From the NCBI GenBank assembly GCA_947589065.1, contig CANPZM010000001.1, positions 455 to 64,454 on the forward strand: DNA of 64,000 nt. Direction: 5' to 3'. Made by a program: the position numbers and the translations under genes. Below are positions 41,137-51,344 of the stretch, piece by piece (the stretch's first letter is position 1; each line of letters begins with the position of its first letter). The stretch is from an uncultured Clostridia bacterium (GTDB lineage Bacteria > Bacillota > Clostridia > TANB77 > CAG-508). Under the pieces are notes generated by a model. That model saw only the letters and a list, made by a program, of their open reading frames with translations, was not told the origin of the DNA and did no database searches.

Positions 41137-42516
41137 CTATTTTAAAGTTACTTTCATATCATCTTTTGTATCTTTTACAAGATATCCTTTTTCATTCAAA
41201 TAATCTCTAAGTTTGTCAGATTTTTTCCAATCCTTATTTAATCTTGCTAATTTTCTCTCCTCAATTATAGATTTTATTTCATCCGGTAATTCTATTTTTT
41301 CCTCTTCATCTAATCTTAAACCTAATATTTCATCAAATTTTAATAATAAATCTGCTAATTTTTTACTTTTTTTAGGATTTCTAATTACATCCCAAACAAC
41401 ACCCAAAGCAAGTGGCATATTTAAATCATCATTTATAGCTTCATGAAATTTTAATTCATAATCTTCTATTATCTTATTATCTATATCTTCGTTTCCATTA
41501 GCATGTTTTTTATATCCTTCCTTTAGCCTTGATAATGCAATCTTTGATGCCTCTAAAGAATCCCACGTAAAATTCAATTTGTTTCTATAATGTGATGTAA
41601 AATTAAACATTCTATAATCTAATGCCGTATATCCTCTTTTTTCTAAATCGTCCAAAGTATAAACATTATTCAAACTTTTAGACATTTTTCCACCATCAAT
41701 AAGTAAAAATTCACAATGCATCCACCAATTTGCAGGAATTTTTCCAGAATATCCTTTACTCTGTGCAATTTCATTTTCATGATGTATTGGAATATGATCT
41801 ATCCCTCCTGTATGAATATCAAACTGCTCTCCTAAATATTTCCTCCCCATAGCAGAGCACTCAATATGCCAGCCAGGATAGCATTTTCCCCAAAAAGTAT
41901 CCCATTTCATTATATGGTTTTCAGGTGCTTTAATCCATAAAGCAAAATCAGTTATATTTTTCTTTTCATTGTCAAATTCTACTCTAGCTCCTGCTTTTTG
42001 TTCATTAATATTAATATTTGATAATAATCCATATTTGTCTAATTTTGATGTATCAAAATAAATTGTATTTTTAGTTTCATATGCATAACCATTTTTAATA
42101 ATAGTCTGCACATATTCTTCCATATCCTTTATATGCTCTGTCGCTTTACAGATGATTTCTGGTATACTTATATTTAATTTTTTCAAATCTATCATAAATT
42201 TTTCTGTATAAAATCTTGCAATCTCATAAGGATCTTTATTTTCTCTTCTAGCAGCTTTAGCCATTTTATCTTCGCCATCATCTGCATCAGACTCTAAATG
42301 ACCAACATCTGTTATATTCATAGCATGTAATAATTCATAATTATTATACTTTAAAACTCTTCTTAAATTGTCCATAAAAAGATATGCGCGTAAATTCCCT
42401 ATATGTGCATAATAATATACCGTTGGTCCACAACTATATATCTTAACCTTTTTACTGTCAATTGGTTTAAAGACTTCTTTTTCCCTAGTTAATGTATTAT
42501 ATAGTTTTAATTCCAT
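41137..42516 (-). CDS. cysS: cysteinyl-tRNA synthetase
   Basis: 459 aa. HIGN (HIGH) and KMSKS motifs. Cys-binding CGPT...C...H..E pattern. Confidence 0.95.
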   Translation of the reverse strand: MELKLYNTLTREKEVFKPIDSKKVKIYSCGPTVYYYAHIGNLRAYLFMDNLRRVLKYNNYELLHAMNITDVGHLESDADDGEDKMAKAARRENKDPYEIARFYTEKFMIDLKKLNISIPEIICKATEHIKDMEEYVQTIIKNGYAYETKNTIYFDTSKLDKYGLLSNININEQKAGARVEFDNEKKNITDFALWIKAPENHIMKWDTFWGKCYPGWHIECSAMGRKYLGEQFDIHTGGIDHIPIHHENEIAQSKGYSGKIPANWWMHCEFLLIDGGKMSKSLNNVYTLDDLEKRGYTALDYRMFNFTSHYRNKLNFTWDSLEASKIALSRLKEGYKKHANGNEDIDNKIIEDYELKFHEAINDDLNMPLALGVVWDVIRNPKKSKKLADLLLKFDEILGLRLDEEEKIELPDEIKSIIEERKLARLNKDWKKSDKLRDYLNEKGYLVKDTKDDMKVTLK

Positions 42517-42586
42517 ATTATTTCCTTTCTATTTATTACTCAAGGAACAACATAAAATTCTGTTGTTCCTTATAATCTATTATAGA

Positions 42587-45286
42587 TTAATTAGTCGTAT
42601 TTGTTTCCGGTTGAGTTGGTGGTTTCGGTGATGTGCTTACTGATGGTTTATCACTTCCTGTTGATGTAGAAGGCGTTGGCGTTGGTGTTGCACTTACTGG
42701 TGGTTTTGAATTAGTCGGTTCCTTACTAACTGAAGGTGATTCTGACACAGGAGGCGTTGGCGTAGTTGAATTCTCATTTGCTGAAGTTGAAGTAGTAGGT
42801 GACGAACTTGGTGTTGGACTTGGTGTTGGGCTTGGTGTTGTTTCTGTTGCTTTATGAATATTGCACAATTCTGATGGTGGTTTTTCTCCATCGCCAAATA
42901 CTGTTCTAGTTGTTTTAGGACAAACCCCAGAAATAGCCAATAATCCAGATTCATTACATATTAAATATGACTTTGCTGAGCTCTTCGTTTTGCAACGTTC
43001 TGTAGGCAATTTACTTTCAATAAATATATCAGTTACTGTAGGGCAACCACTTGAAGGCAATAAACCAGTATCTCTACAAACCGTTGCCTTAACAATATCA
43101 TCAGGTTTTTCAAATTTAGTTGGTTCTAAATCTTTATGTATACTTTTCATAATTGCAGAACAAATTGCACCTGCAGGATTTGAAGGACTTCCAGAATATA
43201 CTATTTTTTCTCTAATATCATATCCATACCAGCAAGCAGCAGTATAATAAGTTGTAAATTCACATAACCATCTATCATAGTAATCATCTGTTGAACCAGT
43301 CTTAGCAGCAACATCAAATCCTGACATTCTACAGAATGTTGCAGTTCCACTTCCACCTACAACAGGTTGTGTAACAATACTTTTTACTAAATAATCTTCT
43401 GATTTACCTAATATTTGGTCTTTCTTTTGATTTGGTTCTATTACAATATTTCCAGAACTATCTACTACTTTTCTGTAGAATGTTGGTTCAATATATAATC
43501 CATCATTAGCAATCGTAGCATAGCCAGCAGCAATTTGTAATGGTGAAAATTCTTTGCCTCCTAATGCTAAAGATAAACCAACATCTGAGTTTCCTACATC
43601 CATTCCCATTCTTCCTAAATATTCAATAGCTTTATCTAATCCAACTTCATTTAGAATTCTAACAGGGATAACATTTCCTGAAATTTCTATAGCTTTTCTA
43701 ACAGTCATCTTTCCTCTAAACGAATGATAGTAATTTTCTGGCCATATTTTACCATTATTACTAAATTCTCTTGTTGCAGTATCTGAATAAACTGAACCAG
43801 GTGCTATTATTCCTTCCTGAACAGCTGGAGTAATAACAGCAAGAGGTTTCATAGCTGATCCAACTTGCCTTTTACTTTGAGTAGCTCTATTTAATACACC
43901 ATTTGATTCTTTTTCTCCTAATCTACCAACACAAGCAACTACTTTTCCTTCTTTATGATCTATTATAACTATCGCTGATTGTGTGTGATCATTTATTTTT
44001 TTACCTTTCTCTTTTGCTCTACCAGACTTTATATATTTTTTCTGTTTCATTTCTTTTTCTGCAATTTTTTGAAGGCTTGAATCTTGTGTAGTATATATTT
44101 TATAACCTCCACCATAAACTTTAGTTTCAGCCATTTCTCTTGTCATACCTTTTTCTTCCATCAATTGTTCTATAATTTGATTAAGAGCTGCTTCTGTATG
44201 GTCTGTATATATAACACCAGCAGACAATGAGCCTTTAGAAAAAGGTAATCCTTTATCAACTTTTTTAACTGCTTTATCATATTCATCTTGAGTTATAAAT
44301 CCAAGCTCTATCATCTTTCCTAAAACAACTTTTGTTCTGTCATGGCATAATTTTAAATGCTCATTTCTTTTTTCTTTATTTTCAGCAAATGGATCATAAC
44401 TACTTGGACTATGGTTTATTCCTGCTAAAAATGCTGATTCTGCTATATCTAATGTTGAAACATCTTTATCAAAATAATATTCTGCTGCCAATGCAACACC
44501 ATGTAAATTTCCTTTACCTCCAACAAAAATTATATTTAAATATAATTCCAATATATCATCTTTAGAAATTTCTTTTTCTACTTGAATAGCTCTAGCCATT
44601 TCCTTTACTTTTCTAAGAGCAGATTTGTCATCATCTTTAGTTATATTTTTTACTAATTGCTGTGTAATTGTACTACCACCAAAAGAGGAACTTCCTCTAT
44701 TAAACAAATATGTAACAGTTGCTGCTCCAGTTCTCTTTATATCAACACCATTATGGTCATAAAATCTTTCATCCTCAATTGCTACATAGGCTTTTGGTAA
44801 ATATTTTGGCATTTGCTCTAAACTTACTATTTTTCTCTGTTCAGTTCCATTTAAAGTATATAATAACTTATCATTAGCATCATATACCTCAGAATTACTG
44901 AATTCAATTGTTAAATCTGCCTTGGTCATTTTAAAATCATCGCCAAAAAATCCAAAGAAAATTCCTGCAATAATACCAGCCAAAATTAAAAACGCTAATA
45001 TTGACAAAATTAAAATTGCTATTACAATCTTTTTGATTATTTGTAGAGCTTTTGACGTATTTCCTTTTTTCTTTGTTTTCTTTGATTTTATTTTATTTTT
45101 ACTACCTCTACTATTATCCATTTGAACTCTCCTTGTAGAAGCCAAGTTAAACTCATCTTCATCATATTTATACATTATTGTATTATCCGAAACTGAAGGT
45201 GCTTTTCGGGTAGCAGAAAATCTTTTTTTGCTTTCAGCTCTTCTTCCTAAACCCCTAGATGATTTTCTTCCACTCCTTCTATCCAT
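42587..45286 (-). CDS. Class A penicillin-binding protein (GT51 transglycosylase plus transpeptidase) with a basic cytoplasmic N-terminal tail, Cys-rich C-terminal domain and P/T/S-rich tail
   Basis: GT51 motifs (EDERFYDHNGVD, RTGAATVTYL). SxxK-type transpeptidase. The likely start is the ATG at 45286 (MDRRSGRK...) with SD GGAGGA. The ORF track extends it to 45337. The 3' end at 42590-42870 is locally GC-rich and encodes PTPSPTPS repeats. Confidence 0.9.
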   Translation of the reverse strand: MDRRSGRKSSRGLGRRAESKKRFSATRKAPSVSDNTIMYKYDEDEFNLASTRRVQMDNSRGSKNKIKSKKTKKKGNTSKALQIIKKIVIAILILSILAFLILAGIIAGIFFGFFGDDFKMTKADLTIEFSNSEVYDANDKLLYTLNGTEQRKIVSLEQMPKYLPKAYVAIEDERFYDHNGVDIKRTGAATVTYLFNRGSSSFGGSTITQQLVKNITKDDDKSALRKVKEMARAIQVEKEISKDDILELYLNIIFVGGKGNLHGVALAAEYYFDKDVSTLDIAESAFLAGINHSPSSYDPFAENKEKRNEHLKLCHDRTKVVLGKMIELGFITQDEYDKAVKKVDKGLPFSKGSLSAGVIYTDHTEAALNQIIEQLMEEKGMTREMAETKVYGGGYKIYTTQDSSLQKIAEKEMKQKKYIKSGRAKEKGKKINDHTQSAIVIIDHKEGKVVACVGRLGEKESNGVLNRATQSKRQVGSAMKPLAVITPAVQEGIIAPGSVYSDTATREFSNNGKIWPENYYHSFRGKMTVRKAIEISGNVIPVRILNEVGLDKAIEYLGRMGMDVGNSDVGLSLALGGKEFSPLQIAAGYATIANDGLYIEPTFYRKVVDSSGNIVIEPNQKKDQILGKSEDYLVKSIVTQPVVGGSGTATFCRMSGFDVAAKTGSTDDYYDRWLCEFTTYYTAACWYGYDIREKIVYSGSPSNPAGAICSAIMKSIHKDLEPTKFEKPDDIVKATVCRDTGLLPSSGCPTVTDIFIESKLPTERCKTKSSAKSYLICNESGLLAISGVCPKTTRTVFGDGEKPPSELCNIHKATETTPSPTPSPTPSSSPTTSTSANENSTTPTPPVSESPSVSKEPTNSKPPVSATPTPTPSTSTGSDKPSVSTSPKPPTQPETNTTN

Positions 45287-45444
45287 ATTTTCCTCCTTTG
45301 CTAAGTTAATTTTTTTATATAACTTAGCATAAAACATTATTTATTACATAAATCAAGTCCATTTTTCCAATTATATGCATTCATATTATATTATAAAACT
45401 TTATAAATATAAAGTATTTTTATACAAAAATATAAAAGTATTTT

Positions 45445-47376
45445 TTATTTAACTTTAGCAAAATCGATTTCTCTTTTTTCTTTACTTGCATATATCACCT
45501 TAATTTTTATACTATCACCTATTTTATACATTATATTCGTTTTTTTTCCTATTAAAGTCCTGTTAGATTCATTAAATATAAAATATTCATCACCTAAATT
45601 TTCAAAACGAATCAATCCCTCAATTGTATTTTCTAATTCTACAAAAATTCCAAAATCAGTAACAGAAGATATAATTCCATCATATTCTTCTCCAATTTTA
45701 TCTTCCATAAATTCAGCTTTTTTCAAACTTTCAGCTTCTCTTTCTACCCTTTGAGCAATTTTTTCTCTTTCAGATGAATTTCTTGCATATTTTTCAACCT
45801 TTTCCTTAAATTTTTCTTTCTGTTTTTCAGTTGAACTCCAATACTCAGAAATGATTCTATGTATATATAAATCTGGATATCTTCTAATAGGTGACGTAAA
45901 GTGACAATAATATTTGCTTGCTATACCAAAATGTCCACAATTTTCACTATCATATTTTGCAACCTTTAAAGTTCTTAAAATTAAATTTGAAACTACTTTC
46001 TCTTCAGGTTTTCCCTTTACCTCATCTAATACTTTCGAAAAAGCTGAAGGATAAATCGTATCTTGACTTATATGGATCTTATATCCTAAATTAAATAAAA
46101 ATTTATTTAGTTCTTTTACTTTATCAATATCTGGTTCTTCATGAACTCTATAAATAAAAGGAATTCCCAGCCAATAAAACCTTTCAGCAACTGTTTCATT
46201 AGCAATCAACATAAACTGTTCTATAATTTCATTTGCAAAATTTACTTCATATTTTTTTACATCTATGCATTTTCCTGTAATATTATCTAAAACAATTTTG
46301 CTTTCTGGCAAATCTAAATTTAAATAGCCCTTTTCCTTCCTTTTTCTTTTTAAAATATTAGCTAATTCTGCCATTAGTTTAAAATCACTAACATATTTTC
46401 TATATTTTTTTAATGTCTCACTATCTGATTCATCTAATATTTTTTGGACATTAGTATAACTCATTCTTTCAGTAACCTTTATAATTGCATTATATATATC
46501 TGAAGAAATTACATTACCATCTGAATCTATTTCCATTGTTACAGATAATGTATATCTATCTACTCCAGCATTTAAACTACATATTCCATTAGATAATTCT
46601 CTTGGTAGCATTGGTATAACTCTATCAAGCATATATATACTTGTTCCTCTAATCCTGGCTTCTCTATCTAATTTAGACTTATCTTTTACATAATGACTAA
46701 CATCAGCAATATGAACATTTAATATGTAATTTCCATTTTCATTTTTTTCAACAGAAACCGCATCATCTAAATCCTTAGCATCTTCACCATCAATTGTAAA
46801 AATTGTTTTATTGCGTAAATCACGTCTTTCTTTAGTATAATCCTCTTGTATTTTAGTGCCAAAAACTTTTGCTTCTGCCACCACATCTTCAGGAAATTTA
46901 GCAGGTAATTTAAATTCTTTTATTAAACTAAGCATGTCCACACCTGCTTGATTAATGTTTCCAATAACTTCTACAATTTCACCTTCAGCCTTACGTCCCT
47001 TTTCCGGATATTTTGTAATTTTTACTACAACCTTGTGCCTATCTCTTGCTTTTCCAAAATTCTTCTTGGAAATAAAAATGTCTGTCCCAAATTTCTTATC
47101 ATCAGGAACTACAAATCCAAAATTTTTAGATTTTTGAAAAGTACCAACTAAAGATTCTTTTCCCCTTCTAACAATCCTAACTATTTTTCCTTCTTGACTT
47201 TTATCATTAACATTAGTTTTTATCATTTCTACTTCTACAACATCTTCATTTAGTGCATTATTTATATACTTAGATGGAATAAAAATATCGTTTTTTATAT
47301 CATTATTTTCTGGTTTTACAAAGCCAAATCCTTTCTCATTAGCATTAAATATGCCTATTACTTTCTCCTTTTCCAT
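45445..47376 (-). CDS. rnr: ribonuclease R
   Basis: 643 aa. Cold-shock/OB N-terminus, RNB catalytic domain and C-terminal S1 domain. Confidence 0.9.
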   Translation of the reverse strand: MEKEKVIGIFNANEKGFGFVKPENNDIKNDIFIPSKYINNALNEDVVEVEMIKTNVNDKSQEGKIVRIVRRGKESLVGTFQKSKNFGFVVPDDKKFGTDIFISKKNFGKARDRHKVVVKITKYPEKGRKAEGEIVEVIGNINQAGVDMLSLIKEFKLPAKFPEDVVAEAKVFGTKIQEDYTKERRDLRNKTIFTIDGEDAKDLDDAVSVEKNENGNYILNVHIADVSHYVKDKSKLDREARIRGTSIYMLDRVIPMLPRELSNGICSLNAGVDRYTLSVTMEIDSDGNVISSDIYNAIIKVTERMSYTNVQKILDESDSETLKKYRKYVSDFKLMAELANILKRKRKEKGYLNLDLPESKIVLDNITGKCIDVKKYEVNFANEIIEQFMLIANETVAERFYWLGIPFIYRVHEEPDIDKVKELNKFLFNLGYKIHISQDTIYPSAFSKVLDEVKGKPEEKVVSNLILRTLKVAKYDSENCGHFGIASKYYCHFTSPIRRYPDLYIHRIISEYWSSTEKQKEKFKEKVEKYARNSSEREKIAQRVEREAESLKKAEFMEDKIGEEYDGIISSVTDFGIFVELENTIEGLIRFENLGDEYFIFNESNRTLIGKKTNIMYKIGDSIKIKVIYASKEKREIDFAKVK

Positions 47377-47498
47377 AAAAATCCTTTCTCTTTTAACCTA
47401 TAGAGCTTATCTTATAAAGTAATTGATTAACAATAAATTCAATTACTTCATTACAAAAAAATAAGAGCGATAAAAACTTCGCCCCCAAATATATATCA

Positions 47499-47753
47499 TT
47501 ATTTTACTAAATTAAGAACTGTAAGTACAATAGTTAAAATAACAAATATAACTGAAAATATAATTGTTAATTTCTTTACTCTACCTTCCTTAGTTCTTCC
47601 TTTATTTTTCTCATAGAAGTTACTTCCTGAAGAACCTCCAACTATACTTGCTGATGCACCGCTTTTATCATTTTTTTGTATTAATACTAAAAATATTACT
47701 ATTATACAACATAAAACATATACAATTGTTAATATATCTACTAATCTACCCAT
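47499..47753 (-). CDS. secG: preprotein translocase subunit SecG
   Basis: 84 aa, two TM segments with a Gly/Ser-rich loop (SIVGGSSGSNF). Confidence 0.8.
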   Translation of the reverse strand: MGRLVDILTIVYVLCCIIVIFLVLIQKNDKSGASASIVGGSSGSNFYEKNKGRTKEGRVKKLTIIFSVIFVILTIVLTVLNLVK

Positions 47754-47849
47754 TTATAAAATTCCTCCACATCTTATCTATCATAATAATATCTAAATTT
47801 TAACACATATAATTTGCAAATGCAAATTAATTTTTATATTTTATCAAAC

Positions 47850-48110
47850 ATTTTAAATTTGAGAAAGAAGCAAGCATTGCTATGCAAATTTGAGTTGAAA
47901 CACCAGAAACGTATTTTTTTATATTTTGAAGCTTTCCAATCTCAAATTTAACAACGCAAGGCGACTCTTACCTTTCAAATATTTTAAGTTTGAAAAAGAA
48001 GCAAGCATTGCTAGGCAAATTTGAGTTGAAACACCGGAAACGTATTTGTATACGTTGAGGATTTTCAAGCTCAAATTTAACAACGCAAGGCGACGCTTAT
48101 CTTTCAAACT
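47850..48110. repeat. Tandem direct repeat, two copies of about 131 bp at roughly 90% identity, each with nested inverted repeats, abutting the ileS stop codon
   Basis: Copy 1 is 47850-47980 and copy 2 is 47981-48110. Shared cores include GAAGCAAGCATTGCTAKGCAAATTTGAGTTGAAACACC and CTCAAATTTAACAACGCAAGGCGAC. Outer stem AAATTTGAG/CTCAAATTT. Copy 2 has an intact inner hairpin AACGTATttgtATACGTT that is degenerate in copy 1. Confidence 0.85.
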
Positions 48111-50877
48111 ATTCTAAATTCTCTACACAACGACTACAAATATGAGGATGTTCTGGATTCTTTCCAACTGTTTCAGAATACATCCAACATCTTTCACATT
48201 TTTCACCATCAGCTAGTTCTACTTTTACTCCTATTTCAGTATCTTCATCTCGTTTATTATTTTCTATTTCAACTTTTGATACTATAAACACAGTCGTTAA
48301 TAAATCTTTATCATTATATAATTGTTTATATTTATCCTCATTAACAAATAATGTTACTTTGGCATTAAGAGAATGTCCTATAACTTTCTCCATTCTAGCT
48401 TCCTCTAATTTCTTAGATACATCCTCTTTTAATTTTATAATCTTTTCCCATTTTTCTTCTAACTGCTTGTTTTCATATTCTGGTTTGTATACTGGATAAT
48501 CTGTAAGCATAACACTATCAACTTCTTCATCTTTACGATGTGGCATTGCTTGCCATATTTCTTCTGCAGTATAGCATGTCATTGGTGCTAATATTTTAAC
48601 AAGAGCATCCAATATCTCATACATAACTGTTTGTGCAGATCTTCTTTCTAAAGAATCAGCCTTAGAAGTGTATAATCTATCTTTTATTATATCTAAGTAA
48701 AATGTACTCATATCAACAACACAAAACTGATTAATTGCTTGGTATGCATTGTGAAAATCATATTCATCATATGCTTTAGTACACTCTTTGACTAATTTAT
48801 TTAATCTTGTTAATGCCCATTTATCTATTTCTAATAAATCTTTATAAGGCGTTGGTAAATTTACTGGGAAATCATATGTATTTCCTAAAATATATCTAGC
48901 TGTATTACGTATCTTTCTATATACTTCTGTTACCTGCTTTATTATTGATTTTGAAACACTAACATCTGATTTATAATCTGATGATAATACCCAAAGTCTT
49001 AAAACATCAGCTCCTGATTCATTTATTATTTCTTGTGGAGCAATAACATTTCCAATAGATTTAGACATTTTTCTTCCTTGTTCATCTATTGTATATCCAT
49101 GTGTAACAACCTCTTTATAAGGTGCTTTACCTTTAGTTGCAACTGATGTTAATAAAGATGATTGGAACCAACCTCTATATTGATCACTTCCTTCTAAATA
49201 TAAATCAGCATCTGGAAGTCCACGTTCTGCAAGTACTGATTCATGTGTAGAACCAGAATCAAACCAAACATCCATTATATCAGTTTCTTTCTTAAATTCT
49301 GTACAACCACATTCACATTTTGCTCCTTCAGGTAATAATTCCTTTTCAGATAATTCAAACCATGCATTTGAACCTTTTTCTTTAAATATTCTTTGTATTT
49401 TGTCTAAACTTTCTTCAGTTACATATTCTTTTTCACAATCTTTGCAGTAAAATACTGGTATTGGAACTCCCCATGTACGTTGACGAGATATACACCAATC
49501 GTTTCTATCTTCAACCATTTTGGTAATTCTTTCTTCTCCCCATTCTGGATACCATTTTACTGTTTTTATAGCATCTAAGGTTTCTTTTCTAAATCCATCA
49601 ACAGATGCAAACCATTGACTTGTTGCTCTATAAATAACTGGATGTTTACATCTCCAGCAATGTGGATAAGAGTGGTTTATTTCTTTTGCTGCAAGTAAAT
49701 ATCCATTTTCATCAAGCCACTTGATTATTTCTTTATCTGATTTAGCATAAAACATACCAGCAAAAGGACCAGCTTCAGCTGTTTGATGTCCTTTTCCATC
49801 AATGCAAACTATCATATCTAAACCATTTTTTAATCCACACAAATAGTCTTCTTTACCATAACTTGGTGCTGTATGAACTGCACCTGTACCACTATCTAAA
49901 GTAACATCTACTGTATCAGTACTTCCTAGAACTACTTTTGAATCTCTATCTAAAAATGGATGTCTACATATAATTCCTTCTAAAACAGAACCTTTCATTT
50001 CATCAACAACTTTATAATCTTCGATTCCTGCTACTTGCATTACTTCTTCAACTAAAGCAGATGCCATTATTAGTTTTTCATCTCCAACTTTTACGAAACT
50101 ATAATCATAATCTGCTCCAATAGTTATACCTGTATTGCCTGGCAAAGTCCATGGAGTTGTTGTCCATATTACAACAAATGTATTTTCTTCATTAAATAAC
50201 CCATTAGCTTCTTTAACAGGAAATTTTACATATGCAGTATTTGAATTTATATTTTTATATTCTATTTCAGCTTCAGCCAATGCAGTTTCACAATCACTAC
50301 ACCAATAAACTGGTTTTAATCCTTTATATATATATCCTTTTTTATACATATCAGCAAAAACTCCAATTTGCTTTGCCTCCATTTGTGGTTGATATGTTAT
50401 ATAAGGATTTTCCCATTCTCCCAAAACACCTAGTCTTTTGAAACCTTCTGTTTGTTTATCTTTATATTGCATAGTAAAATTTTTACAAGTGTCTCTAAAC
50501 TTAGTTACTGGTATTTCATCTCTGTTTAATCCTAATGCTTGAATTGCCTTCTTTTCAGTTGGCATTCCATGTGTGTCATAACCTGGTATAAAAGGTGTCC
50601 AATATCCTTTTAAACTTTTATATCTAACTATTGTATCTTTTAATACTTTATTTAGTGCGTGACCTATATGTATTTCACCATTAGCATAAGGTGGTCCATC
50701 ATGTAGTACAAAAGGAGTTTTTCCCTTATTTTTTTCTAGCATTTGACGATAAATATGTTTTTTTTCAAACACTTCCTCTAATATTTTAGGTTCTTTTTCC
50801 GGTAATCCAGCTCTCATTTGAAAATTTGTTTTAGGCAAATTTAAAGTTGAACTATAATCCATTTTCTCTTCGCTCAT
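48109..50877 (-). CDS. ileS: isoleucyl-tRNA synthetase
   Basis: 922 aa. HIGH (HIGHAL) and KMSKS motifs, CP1 editing domain, C-terminal zinc finger (C-terminus ...CERCW...CSRCVENLE). Confidence 0.95.
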   Translation of the reverse strand: MSEEKMDYSSTLNLPKTNFQMRAGLPEKEPKILEEVFEKKHIYRQMLEKNKGKTPFVLHDGPPYANGEIHIGHALNKVLKDTIVRYKSLKGYWTPFIPGYDTHGMPTEKKAIQALGLNRDEIPVTKFRDTCKNFTMQYKDKQTEGFKRLGVLGEWENPYITYQPQMEAKQIGVFADMYKKGYIYKGLKPVYWCSDCETALAEAEIEYKNINSNTAYVKFPVKEANGLFNEENTFVVIWTTTPWTLPGNTGITIGADYDYSFVKVGDEKLIMASALVEEVMQVAGIEDYKVVDEMKGSVLEGIICRHPFLDRDSKVVLGSTDTVDVTLDSGTGAVHTAPSYGKEDYLCGLKNGLDMIVCIDGKGHQTAEAGPFAGMFYAKSDKEIIKWLDENGYLLAAKEINHSYPHCWRCKHPVIYRATSQWFASVDGFRKETLDAIKTVKWYPEWGEERITKMVEDRNDWCISRQRTWGVPIPVFYCKDCEKEYVTEESLDKIQRIFKEKGSNAWFELSEKELLPEGAKCECGCTEFKKETDIMDVWFDSGSTHESVLAERGLPDADLYLEGSDQYRGWFQSSLLTSVATKGKAPYKEVVTHGYTIDEQGRKMSKSIGNVIAPQEIINESGADVLRLWVLSSDYKSDVSVSKSIIKQVTEVYRKIRNTARYILGNTYDFPVNLPTPYKDLLEIDKWALTRLNKLVKECTKAYDEYDFHNAYQAINQFCVVDMSTFYLDIIKDRLYTSKADSLERRSAQTVMYEILDALVKILAPMTCYTAEEIWQAMPHRKDEEVDSVMLTDYPVYKPEYENKQLEEKWEKIIKLKEDVSKKLEEARMEKVIGHSLNAKVTLFVNEDKYKQLYNDKDLLTTVFIVSKVEIENNKRDEDTEIGVKVELADGEKCERCWMYSETVGKNPEHPHICSRCVENLE

Positions 50878-51212
50878 ATTATTCCTCCTATATATTATTT
50901 TTAATTTTTACATATATTTATATAATAGGAAAGGTATACTTTCCCATTATATAAAAAAACAATTCATCACATAGGACGAATTGTTCCGCGTTACCACCTA
51001 ATTTAATTCTAATATAAAATATTAAAAATCTCTCCAGCATTTTATAACGTAAAATGAAACGTCATACCTTACTCTATTAATTTATTTCAGATATGAAACT
51101 CCAAGGTGATAATAAATAAATAGTTCTTACCAAAATCGCACCATATTTTTGGCTCTCTTTAAGACATTTTTTATTTATCTTGTCCTTATCTAAGTTTTTC
51201 TAATAATTTTAA
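50878..51212 (-). ncRNA. T-box riboswitch leader of ileS (probable Ile specifier AUC; antiterminator/terminator switch)
   Basis: Minus-strand AAAUUAGGUGGUAACGCGG (the reverse complement of 50985-51008) matches the T-box consensus AAUUAGGGUGGUACCGCG. An overlapping terminator hairpin AACAATTC...GAATTGTT is followed by U7 just upstream of the ileS RBS. AUCA lies in a candidate specifier loop. The length of about 335 nt is typical. Confidence 0.75.
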
Positions 51213-51219
51213 TGAAGAT

Positions 51220-51248
51220 ATTTTAACACTTTTAAACATTTAATTCAA
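51220..51248 (-). promoter_or_regulatory. Candidate sigma-A promoter for the ileS T-box leader
   Basis: On the minus strand: TTGAAT, a 17-nt spacer, then TGtTAAAAT (extended -10). Confidence 0.4.
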
Positions 51249-51277
51249 TACTTTATTTAATATTTTTAATTTTTCTT

Positions 51278-51316
51278 TTAAAAAAGTAAAAAGGCATATT
51301 ATAAAATAATATGCCC
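51278..51316 (-). terminator. Intrinsic terminator of hup (GGCATATTAT/ATAATATGCC stem plus U-tract)
   Basis: A 10-bp stem 30 nt downstream of the hup stop, followed by a U-rich run on the minus RNA. Confidence 0.6.
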
Positions 51317-51344
51317 TAAATATGAATCTTTTTCAAATAATTGA

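Noticed and set aside
42633-43247. Plus-strand ORFs (74 and 128 aa) with G/V-rich translations
   Set aside because: They are antisense to the PBP gene and arise from the GC-rich PTPS-repeat-coding segment. No independent start signals are present.
45296-45337. First 17 codons of the PBP ORF in the ORF track (MFYAKLYKKINLAKEEN)
   Set aside because: These codons contain the hairpin TGCTAAGTTA...TAACTTAGCA. A strong SD (GGAGGA) precedes the internal ATG at 45286, so the upstream extension is probably untranslated leader or the rnr terminator.
47919-48107. 62-aa minus-strand ORF (MKDKRRLALLNL...RLALLNLRLESFKI)
   Set aside because: It spans both copies of the 131-bp tandem repeat, and its internal sequence repetition is a by-product of the DNA repeat. 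There is no RBS, and the region has better support as structured RNA or a repeat.
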